A stretch of 64,000 bases of DNA from Paraphysomonas bandaiensis (Eukaryota > Protista > Chrysophyceae), in NCBI GenBank assembly GCA_965644295.1, contig CBFFRP010000202.1:62001-126000 (forward strand). The letters run 5' to 3'. This document shows positions 13,301-23,409 of the stretch, piece after piece (position 1 is the stretch's first letter; each line of letters opens with the position of its first letter). A program made the translations under genes and the position numbers. Under the pieces are notes generated by a model that was given only the letters and a program-made list of their open reading frames with translations, did not search any database and had not been told where the DNA came from.

Positions 13301-13439
13301 TTACGCCGCTCTGAAGAGCAGTAGGGTAGGTGTTGATACTGCAAGAGATATGGTCCACTCGAATATTCAAGGCAGTCGGCGACCGACCATGCGATTACTG
13401 GGGTTTGGAACAGCGAAAATTGGCACATTACATTCCTAG
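10336..13439 (+). CDS. Tandem-duplicated TPK/K2P-like cation channel (2 x [4TM/2P + EF-hand pair]), paralog B; multi-exon
   Basis: ATG at 10336. Pore-loop segments LYMSVNIGWALGF, DYTLSTLSGGGY, FHTSVSVGYGIFW, LYFALSAMSAGGL. EF-hand-like DDGDGSVDNREF and DDGDGSLDAREF. Collinear with paralog A, with shared intron positions. Confidence 0.87.
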
Positions 13440-13699
13440 TATCACCTTGTAGTTTTGGATATATGATGTTTATTGCAGTAATTTGTATTTACTTGTAGTT
13501 ATTACTTAATGCCAGTAGTGCATGAGTGTGCGTATTGATGACTTACAGTGCGTTCAGATGATCTTTTTTTGTTATGATATGATGTGCAATCGTACTCTGT
13601 AGTATCATCTTCAGTTAACTCAATAATGGTATTATATTTTACATTTCGGAGTACGTGGTGTATAGCGTTCAGTTGTTTTGAGCAGCTATCTTTCAACGA

Positions 13700-14270
13700 A
13701 TTGTTTGTGCTTCACATGGTGAGATCTAGAGTTTGACGAAGTTATATTAAGGCACCCGATTGTCGAGTGTCATCTGGGCGACAATGCTGCTATTATTCAT
13801 AACTCTGCTTTCTAAAAGGCAGTCGTGAAGGTTCAGTGTGGCAACGAAGCCGTGCTAACTAGGACAGAAAAGAATCAAATTAAAATATTTTTGCTCGATG
13901 AGGATGAAGAAGATTGTGACAGTGCAAGTGACGACGCAGCGCAATTTTGCTTTGATTGATGGTAGCAAGCTGCTTTGACTTAAGCAGCGAACTCGTTACC
14001 GCAGGATGAAGCACTTGCATGCCACAAAGGTTGTTCAGTAGAGCTAAGATTGTTATGACGGGTTTGCGCAAGAGCTTGACTCCTTGACATTTAAAAGCTA
14101 CTTATGTTTTTATGCATGAACCGTCGGCTCTGCAATGAAATGACAGTTAATGTAGCTATTTTAGTGCTAAATAATCGCAATAATTGAAATTAAGACAGCA
14201 AGTAATAATTGCTATTATAGTTGACTACAACCTGCGTCAATTAATTCACAATATTTGATACGCTGCCCTG
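13700..14270 (+). mobile_element. Degenerate 3' fragment of a hAT transposon (transposase pseudogene plus terminus)
   Basis: Interrupted translation (FDEVILRHPIVECHLGDNAAII..KAVVKVQCGNE..RYRRMKHLHA..LFSRAKIVMT) aligns to the C-terminus of the transposase at 48341-50041. It ends in ctgccctg and is homologous to 51231-51725. Confidence 0.8.
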
Positions 14271-14832
14271 GAGTCTAAAGATTCAGTATTTCGCAATATT
14301 CATGCATATAAAACAAACCTCAAGAGCACTTTCTCTTCAATTAGAAATATTCGTTTGTATTATGATGTGATCGGAAGACAGATACATGGATAAACTACTA
14401 TATATTATATATATATTCGATTGATGTGTGTAAAGTGTAAAGTGTAAACTATACTTGAGATCTAAGGTACTGTGTACTGTTGAGCCCTGCTGTTGAGTGT
14501 TGAATATAGTCTATATTTGCCGAAACCCCATCAACTGCATTCTAGCCAGCATCTGGAAAGTTATGGTCCGGAAAAATAGAAGAAGCATCCCCCGAGGAGC
14601 AAGTACTATTACTCAAACAACGGTACATAATATTTTTCTTGCCTTGTAGTATACTTTTTTTTTTGTTCCTAATACATGCTAGCGAGTCGGCTATAGTATA
14701 ATTGTGATAGTGTAATACACGCAAATTTCGATGTTTCGACACACCCTGTCGACTATTGAGTTTCATTATTACTTTTATCCTGTTTCGTTGTAACAAAATT
14801 GTTCAAATGGTTTTCACTAGTGCTCTCGCGTT

Positions 14833-16611
14833 TTACTTCTTGTTTTTCATTTGGCGTCTAACAGAATGAAACACAGCACCAAACACGAGGACGGTCCCCA
14901 AGTATGAGTATATTGACATCTTATGCCCAAATATAACAGACGACAAAACCATCGAGAGCATCTGACGTGTGGTCATAATCACAGTGAAGACAATCGGTCC
15001 AAACTCTTTAATGGTATAGAAGATAAAGAACTGGCCCGTTGCGCTAGTAACTGCAGTTACAATGTTATAAAGAACAGCTGTGGGATTGACCATCAAAAAT
15101 TCGAAAACCGTAAATATTTCCCCACTAAATATCAACGCGGCAGATGTCAATAGAACTGCCCAACTATTTACCCAAAACATCATGTGATATTGATCAATCT
15201 TCCCATAGTTCTTGTAAAGTCGACTTTGCCATTGCGAAGTGAAGGAGTCGCTACAAACATAGGTAATCAAGAGGAGTACACCGGCAATGCTGGTCTCTGT
15301 ATCGTTGCTTTGAGTAGCATTCTTTGACATTGAAAAAACTAACACGCCAGAAGTTATGGCAAGAGCTTCCACATACTCAATGAACGTATAAGTGACTCCT
15401 CTCAATAGCATTCCCATTAGCATCACTGGAATCACTTTCGTACTTTTAAAAATATTTTGCAATGGAAAACTGACATAATGCAAAGATGCATATTGAGCCC
15501 ATGAGGATGATGTATTTGATATAGCACAAGGTAAGAATGCATAGTATGGTGCAGTACAATATATTGTCCCATGTACAGTCCTTATAACTAGGAAAGATAT
15601 AACTATCGCCAAAAAACGATTCGAAAACACACAAAAAGAGGCAGAAGGAAACATGCCGTCTGGTGAGGAGGCAGTTGGAGTGAATTTAGTGGTCATAATG
15701 AGTTCTTGCATCATACCCCATGTTAAATATGATACTTGTAGACCTAAAAATAGTATATATGATATTCATGTAGTACATGAAATAGTGTATGAGATGTTGC
15801 ATATGATATTCATGTACGTTATATAGTGTATGAGATGTTGCATATGATATTTAACGTGATGTTGCATACGATATTCATGTACGTGAAGTAGTGTATTAGA
15901 TGTTCCATATGATATTCATGTACGAGATATAGTATGTGAGATGTTGCATACGATATTCATGTACGTGAAGTAGTGCATGAGATGTTGTATATGATACTCA
16001 TGTACGAGATATAGTATGTGAGATGTTGTATATGATACTCATGTACGAGATATAGTATGTGAGATGTTGCATACGATATTCATGTACGTGAAGTAGTGCA
16101 TGAGATGTTGTATATGATACTCATGTACGAGATATAGTATGTGAGATGTTGCATACGATATTCATGTACGTGAAGTAGTGCATGAGATGTTGTATATGAT
16201 ACTCATGTACGAGATATAGTATGTGAGATGTTGTATATGATACTCATGTACGAGATATAGTATGTGAGATGTTGCATACGATATTCATGTACGTGAAGTA
16301 GTGCATGAGATGTTGTATATGATACTCATGTACGAGATATAGTATATGAGATGTTGTATATGATGTATACTATGATACTATATACGATAGTTCACACTGT
16401 GTTTCATATGATGTTACATACCTAAAAAACAATACAAGCCTTTATATATAAGTGCCATAGTATCTTTATTTGATTGTTCATTTGATTTCTTTCTACCTTC
16501 TTCAATAAGTGAAATTGATTCAGTTTCATTGTCTGATATATTGGAGTGTTTCGGTTTGGATTGAGAGACACTCATTGGTTTCATATCGTTCATACGAGGC
16601 ATGTTTGACAT
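14833..16611 (-). CDS. SLC35B2: PAPS (adenosine 3'-phospho 5'-phosphosulfate) transporter 1-like nucleotide-sugar transporter; exons 16611-16422 and 15743-14833
   Basis: The spliced junction gives CFLGLQVSYLTWGMMQE. Also has SSWAQYASLHYVSFPLQNIFKSTKVIPVMLMG, DSFTSQWQ and GQFFIFYTIKEFGPIVFTVIMTTRQ, typical of PAPST1. Confidence 0.9.
15760..16365. repeat. 41-bp minisatellite filling the PAPS transporter intron
   Basis: gagatgttg recurs at 15979, 16020, 16061, 16102 and onward (41-bp period); about 14 copies of two variant types. Confidence 0.93.
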
Positions 16612-16789
16612 AGGAGATAGATAGGTAGGATTATTGTGATGAATAAGGTATGATTGTGGTGTGTATGGAGAGAGTGTGTTGTGTTACTGCAGGGAAGTAA
16701 ATGACTGACTGACTGCACTGATTGCTGCATCTTATGTATACATACATACAGCAGTACATACCAACACAACCTGTGAAAATATGCCAACC

Positions 16790-17273
16790 ACATACATACA
16801 TACATACATACATACATACATACATACATACATACATACATACATACATACATACATACATACATACATACATACATACATACATACATACATACATACA
16901 TACATACATACATACATACATACATACATACATACATACATACAGACATACATACATACAGACATACATACATACATACATACATACATACATACATACA
17001 TACATACATACATACATACATACATACATACATACATACATACATACATACATACATACATACATACATACATACAGACATACATACATACATACATACA
17101 TACAGACATACATACATACATACATACATACATACATACATACATACATACAGACATACATACATACATACATACATACATACATACATACATACATACA
17201 TACATACATACATACATACATACATACATACATACATACATACATACATACATACAGACATACATACATACAT
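16790..17273. repeat. (CATA)n microsatellite, about 480 bp
   Basis: Directly visible, with occasional CAGA variants. Confidence 0.99.
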
Positions 17274-17405
17274 CTGAATGTATTCCTATGTACTGGTGTA
17301 TGTGCGGCTGGTTCTGTTGGTGCTGTGTGTGCTTCTATATATACCTTAACAATCCTACTAAACATACACACTCACATATCCCTATAACTCTATCTCTAGA
17401 TTCCC

Positions 17406-17672
17406 ATGACCGAAGAAAACATTTTAAAAGTCCCTCGATTCTTTCCTAGGGCACCTTCAGCATGTCGTCCATCAGCAGATCCATTTTTTAAGTGCCTGAA
17501 TGAACACTCGAAGAAAACAAGTGATGACGATGTAGATGCAAGTAAACGTGGATTAGCAGCATGTACGAAAGAAATGAAAGCATATGAAGAATGTATGATA
17601 AAATATGAAGTAAAAAAACCAGAGCAAAGAATGAGAGTTCAAGAAGAGTATAGAATGAAAAGTTCAACATAG
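17406..17672 (+). CDS. Small twin-CX9C (CHCH-like) protein, probably mitochondrial intermembrane space
   Basis: 88 aa with two CX9C motifs: CRPSADPFFKC and CTKEMKAYEEC. Confidence 0.7.
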   Translation: MTEENILKVPRFFPRAPSACRPSADPFFKCLNEHSKKTSDDDVDASKRGLAACTKEMKAYEECMIKYEVKKPEQRMRVQEEYRMKSST

Positions 17673-18228
17673 TTTTCTTAATAGCCATTGAGCAAATATA
17701 TTTAAGACTGTAATAAGGAGGAATTATTTATCGCCTTGATGATATTTATGTTCCTAATTGCTCTGTGGCCGAACGCTATCCCAAGATGCAATGACCCTAA
17801 TGCCAGTTCACTTGCACTTAGAGTATTTCCACTTGTAGTGTGAATCTCCCAATATTCTGAGTATCGAGAGTAGTTAGGGAACTGGCTTAAATATGTGGTA
17901 GTAAATAAAATAAGCTTACGCCTATTAGTTAACGATTGTTTTGTTTGTGTGCCGTAACTAGTCTTCTTCTAAACGTTGGGCTTGTAAGTCGTAAATTGTT
18001 TTGATTTGCCAGTAATGACATGAACCTAAACTTAATCGAACCAGGTACTATTCATTTACTCTGTAGTATTATTAGTGGTGGACAACCTATGTTTTTTGTT
18101 ATATATTATATAGCATATAGCAGGTCACCATAGGAGTCAAATCATGATAACTGTGTCTTAAATGTCCTACTAGAATCTACTGTAGTTGATTATTGATTAT
18201 CTACTGTATACGCGTATATGAACATAGC

Positions 18229-18608
18229 GAGGGCTAGGGAACAAAATATTGAATTGCAATATAATGTAAAATATTTGATTGGTGAACCTGAAGTATTGTG
18301 TCATGTCAATTCAAGATACAGAAGTTGAGCAGTGGTTGGCGTGAATAAAATATATTATCATGTTGTTGAAATTGTGTTTGCAATATAATATGTAGTTTGA
18401 TTACAATAAACTTCTGTTAAGAACGATCTTACTTATGTGATAATGACCAATAGTCAATAGACCTACCAAATATTCCATCAATGTTGTATTTGTTAAAGTG
18501 AATCACAGTATTGCAATTTTATTGTTGGGCCGGTTTAAAAATTCCATCAATATTATTGGTGAGACGCTAACTAACAATAGTATTGCAATATATTGTTCCC
18601 TAGCCCTG
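18229..18608. mobile_element. hAT-like MITE with about 23-bp TIRs
   Basis: Left gagggctagggaacaaaatattg; right caatatattgttccctagccctg. No intact TSD. A solo end of the same family is at 41744. Confidence 0.75.
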
Positions 18609-18775
18609 ATATACACCACTTTGCTTTATCTCGATAAATATTTAATTACATAAAACTCACTACAGGTAAAGGACTTTGATACAACACCACTTCAAGGTGC
18701 CATGCAAATAGAAATTCCACGCAATCTACAACTCTTGGATTCTAAAAGGGCAATAATCCTATATATATACAAGCA

Positions 18776-19899
18776 CTACCTTTTAAGGAAATTGCGGACT
18801 TTAGATGTCATACTTTTAGGAGCGTCAGTCTTGCTATTAACCTCGGGCCCATTTCGACTCGATGTATCTACCGCATTTGACTGATTAGGCGTGGATGCTG
18901 TAGTTGATGTTGTACTGCTAAGATTGGCGTCGGATGACGTTTTGGATTGGTCTACACCATTTAGCTCTGATTGCGCCAAGCAGCTTTCGCTATTGTTCAA
19001 TGAACCTCGAATGGATGACAGTGACTGATCGGTTACTTCCAATTTTTCAAGGAACTCTGTCTGATCTTGTCGTTGCGCTGGGTGAGAAGTGAGCGCAGCA
19101 CAAAATCCCAGCAATCGTAAAGTAGAAGGGTGGCATTCAAACAAGTACGAGCATTTCGGTGGGTCAGAGTCGATCTGAAGTGTACTAAGAACACTGTATA
19201 TAGCTTGACAACGACTCGCAGTATCAGAAGTTAGTTTCACGTGGAGATATAAAACGTCGAGATAGTACAATGGCAATTGTAGGAGGGGAATTTCCGTAGA
19301 ACTTATTACGGGTTCCTGCAAAAACAATGCACATGTTATTATACTGCGCGAACTAAAACTTAAGTACGTAATCAGCATACAACAAAGTATTGCAAGAACA
19401 ACACCTGATCTGATCTAGAATATATCAGTATACACCGATCAATAAACTTTCGACTACTTTGAGGAATGCGTTCTTTGGATTCCATCCATTCTCTCACGCT
19501 TTCAAATACAGTGTTCAAATTAACCACTTCATCACAAGAGGTTTCACGTCTGGTATTTATGTATGTAAGTGATTTTTCTATTTCACTTGTACTGGATGTA
19601 AAATCTTGTTCAATTCTTACAGAATTAGAGTCAAATGTAGCAACCGCAAATTGATGTTGAATTGTTGAATGAGATTTCCTTTGAACTATAAGATTAATCA
19701 CTACATATATAAATCATTATATATATATATATTAATATAAAGAATACAAACTTTCTGTTATAATATCAAAACGTGATCTCTGTGAGTCCCAGTTAGTGTG
19801 TATCTCACTATAAGTATCTAATAGAAACAATATCCTCTCTGGGAGTACAAGTGATTGACGTAAAATACAAAATTCTTCTTTATCAATAAAATTTGACAT
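18776..19899 (-). CDS. BABAM1: BRISC and BRCA1-A complex member 1 (MERIT40/NBA1)-like VWA protein; 3 exons
   Basis: LPERILFLLD..RFDII..LIVQRKS..HQFAVATF, RCILIYSRS, LDVLYLH, CQAIYSVL and ALTSHPAQR match the BABAM1 pattern. Confidence 0.8.
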
Positions 19900-20279
19900 T
19901 ATAGTAATAATAGTATAGATATTATGATACTATGACAAGTGAATTAGTAAGTAAGTCCATATCACGTTAATAGAGGAGGCAGGTGCATATGATAGATAGG
20001 ACAGGGACACTAGAAAACAGGGGTTTCAAGGATTTGAAGTAGTTTTCTATTACCTAGTATGTGTAAACCCAACTTTTATCAATAATTCTAGGAAATTTAT
20101 AGCAATATCAATATTTTTCTGGCATGATTGATTGCATAGCACTTGTAGATGGGGACAATTTTACAAAAAATCTAGAAATTAGATGGATATTTTTACTAAG
20201 GTATACCAACCATCGCATACAAAATACTTTATGTAAAATTGGTAAAAATGAGGAAAATGTAAAAATGCATGTACGACGA

Positions 20280-20960
20280 CACTGATAATGTACACTGGAT
20301 GTGGACATGGATGCATAGTAGAGCAATCCATTAAGCAAAGAAGATATCCCATACCTGTCTTGCAATGTATCCTCTAGCATTGCCCCTTCTGTAGGTTACC
20401 TGCATCATACTGCGCACTTCATTAAGCAATGCTTTGCTGCATACAAGGTAAATGAAGAGAACCTGCAATCGATGAGGTGATACATCTCAATCATATGGTA
20501 ATTAACGGTATTGTCTTGCTATTACTCTCTGGTTTTGCAAGATTTCGTTCACCTTGGTCATAATATATCGGAGTTTTTCAAGTTGATGAAATCAAGATCT
20601 TGTGTCTGTGTGCTCACTGCATAAGATAAAGAACTTTCACTTTCGCTTTCCAACCTTGCCCCTTAATGTGGTTTCTGAAAGGCTATGCTGGTATAAATGA
20701 GAGCCCCACTATACTATACATGATCATGGAATGTGTCAAAGAAAATGTACATACCAAACATGTACATGAAATCGTAAAGAAAGTAAAGCAAAATGATTTA
20801 TGATATTGCCCAGAAGCATTTGGGTTAGAATGTCTTTGCATTTGTATTGCCGGTCTACACGCAACAATATAAATTAGTAATAGAAAGTAGCCGATAAGAG
20901 CTTTAAAGTAGTAGGCTTATGACACGACCAGTCTTGCTCTATGTTCTTCATTGAGACAAA
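20280..20960 (-). mobile_element. Possible heavily decayed Copia-type reverse transcriptase relic
   Basis: Only scattered, frameshifted motif-like peptides on the minus strand (RARLVV; TYR..GYIARQVWDIFFA) resembling Copia RT KARLVA and YRSLVGSL.Y...RPDI.FA. Confidence 0.3.
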
Positions 20961-21165
20961 GGTACATCATTTTCTTTTTGCGACGTACAAATTAAATTAT
21001 AAAAAACATGAAAAATAACACAAAGCGAATAATAAAATCATACTAAAGTATTCATTAAATTATCATCAAATAAATTATGGTACCTTACGTGATGTAAAGA
21101 AAATGAACCAGCCATAGTTGACGTAAAGCCAAAATTCTTCTTAAATATCAGCACTATTTCTCACG

Positions 21166-22587
21166 TCACGCAATGAATGCTTGGAGTGTGGCTCGGATAC
21201 CGTTCTCGCATATTTGGTCGTAACAAGCTTGTATTTCTTCCACAACTTTAACATTTTCCACAATATTTCCAAACACCGTACGGTCAGCGAGAAACGCAGA
21301 CGCATGGCCATTGGCATTTGATACAACAGATCGCAATTTCTCCGCTTCAGGATCGTCAAGAGGTGTTGAGTTGTCGCTATCACATGCAATAGTCAAGAAC
21401 CGCATATAACTGGCAACCACGGCTGATACGCACTTCGAAGGCTGTGAGGATTCACATAACTCGCTGAGTGTCGGCACGATAAAACCAGGAATTTTCGCCG
21501 AGCCATCTTTGCATAGGCGTAGAATTTGATCTTCAATGGCTGGATTCGCAAAACGATCGACTAGTGTATCCTGGTATGATCTAATGTCTACCCCTTCCAC
21601 TGGGAGTAGAGTTTTTTCAACTTCGCTGAAGAAGGCACGCAAGTAAGATTGAAATAAAGGGTCCGACGACACTTCATCAACACGAGAGAACCCTGCAAGG
21701 TGTCCGGCATATCCCACAGCCATATGTCCACCATTGAGTAATCTAACTTTAATCTTCTCATACGGCTTGACGGACTCAACGAGTTGTACCCCCACCAGAG
21801 GCCAGTCGGGTTTGTCATTGCAATAGTTGTCCTCAATAACCCACTGCCGATAGGATTCCGATGTCACTGGGACACGATCCTCAGAGCGAAGCTCTTCTCG
21901 AACGTATGTCATCTCTGAGTCTGTCGGTGCAGGGGTAATTCGGTCTACCATACTGTTTGGGAAGGCCACATTCGCTTCTATCCACGAAACTAATGACGGA
22001 TATGCCAGCTGACAAAACTCGAGTAGTAGAGATCTCGTCAAGTCGCCATTGCCTTGAATGTTATCACACGACTGTATAGTGAATGGTTTTACGGAACTAT
22101 CACTTTCTTGCATTTTCTGTCGCAAGCTCAACCCTCTGGCCAGGTATCCGTACAGTGTCCTGGGTTTCGAATGATTGCTAATATCATTCTGAATGTTTAC
22201 ATTAGATGTGTCTAAGCGCTTGGTAGAAGGGTCAAAAAAGTATCCGGCCTCTGTGACTGTAATAGTAACTAGCTTAACCTCTGGACAAACAAGCTTCTTG
22301 AATACATCCTCTGGATTGAGGTAACCATTCAAGATCTCTATAATGCTTTGTACTTGTTTGACTTTGACACCACTATTATCACGTTCAATCAATGTATATT
22401 TGCAATCTTGTGCACGTAAACTCTCAAAAACATAGCTATCATTAGGAAGCATGCATACTCCACATATACCCCACTCTAGACACCCTTGTGAGAGCAAATC
22501 CTGGATATACAAAGCCTCATGAGCCCTATGAAATCTGCCAACACCAAAATGAACTATTCCTGTCTTTACCTCAGTGCGATTAAACAT
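21166..22587 (-). CDS. Mannitol 2-dehydrogenase (long-chain mannitol dehydrogenase family); intronless
   Basis: 473 aa with IVHFGVGRFHRAH Rossmann motif, TVTEAGY, SCDNIQGNG, FPNSMVDRITP, and catalytic YEKIKVRLLNGGH. Confidence 0.93.
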   Translation of the reverse strand: MFNRTEVKTGIVHFGVGRFHRAHEALYIQDLLSQGCLEWGICGVCMLPNDSYVFESLRAQDCKYTLIERDNSGVKVKQVQSIIEILNGYLNPEDVFKKLVCPEVKLVTITVTEAGYFFDPSTKRLDTSNVNIQNDISNHSKPRTLYGYLARGLSLRQKMQESDSSVKPFTIQSCDNIQGNGDLTRSLLLEFCQLAYPSLVSWIEANVAFPNSMVDRITPAPTDSEMTYVREELRSEDRVPVTSESYRQWVIEDNYCNDKPDWPLVGVQLVESVKPYEKIKVRLLNGGHMAVGYAGHLAGFSRVDEVSSDPLFQSYLRAFFSEVEKTLLPVEGVDIRSYQDTLVDRFANPAIEDQILRLCKDGSAKIPGFIVPTLSELCESSQPSKCVSAVVASYMRFLTIACDSDNSTPLDDPEAEKLRSVVSNANGHASAFLADRTVFGNIVENVKVVEEIQACYDQICENGIRATLQAFIA

Positions 22588-22670
22588 TTTCTTATAGTAA
22601 TAGTGAAGTATTTATGATGAAATGTGTGGTTATTATTAAGTTCTGGTATATGTGCAATCTCTCTATAGAC

Positions 22671-22819
22671 GTATCGGCAGTCAGCATCTTATATTTCGGG
22701 AATAAATTGAAGCAGATATTCTCTATGATACTGAAGTATAACTACGGCTAGAATACAGATAATTGTTGTCTCAATATTGGAGGCATCATGGAACAAAAAT
22801 ATACAAAGGATGGCGATAC
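22671..22819 (+). mobile_element. 149-bp MITE-like dispersed repeat, copy 1
   Basis: Termini gtatcggca...tggcgatac; homologous to 50162-50310, 52850-52990 and 53013-53146. Confidence 0.8.
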
Positions 22820-23409
22820 GGAAATCATGCCTAGCTATCCTCTACTTGTATTTGTATCATAGGGAAAGATACACTTATATACAGTGGTATACAGCAGTAT
22901 TTTGTATTTGTATTGTGGGGAGTTGTGGTATGTACAGTACCAGTATACAACTGTATATCCAGCCGTAGTACGAAGTGACATTATTGTACGAAATAAAAAT
23001 TATGTACCCAGATACTACATATAAACCAATCATTATATATCATCTTATAATCTAATCATATCATTGGTTATTGTATTCGAAAATTTGTGGTGGTGGACGA
23101 ATTTTTCATTTTTGATTTTTTGTTTTCTATGTAATTTTTTTCATATACAAGAATCTTTTAATATAAAAAATTACAATTAAAAAATTACATCATTGAAATT
23201 TTGTTATTAAACAGTTTATATATACATACATACACATATATATATATATATATAGCTAGCATATAGCAGGAATTACTATTACCAGAGTGACCTTTATTGA
23301 TCTATTATGTCATTCATATAAACCCTCTATACATTAATAATCATATCTCTATCTCTATTATACATTAAATGTACAAAATTAGATATTAATATACATCATT
23401 ATCTATAAA

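Noticed and set aside
16590-17449. Long MYVC/YIHT ORFs here and at 60036-60901
   Set aside because: Translation artefacts of stop-free (CATA/TATG)n microsatellites.
21166-22587. Bacterial contamination explaining the intronless dehydrogenase
   Set aside because: It is contiguous with host genes, carries the host-type AT-richer 5' end and has a host MITE upstream; no operon context.
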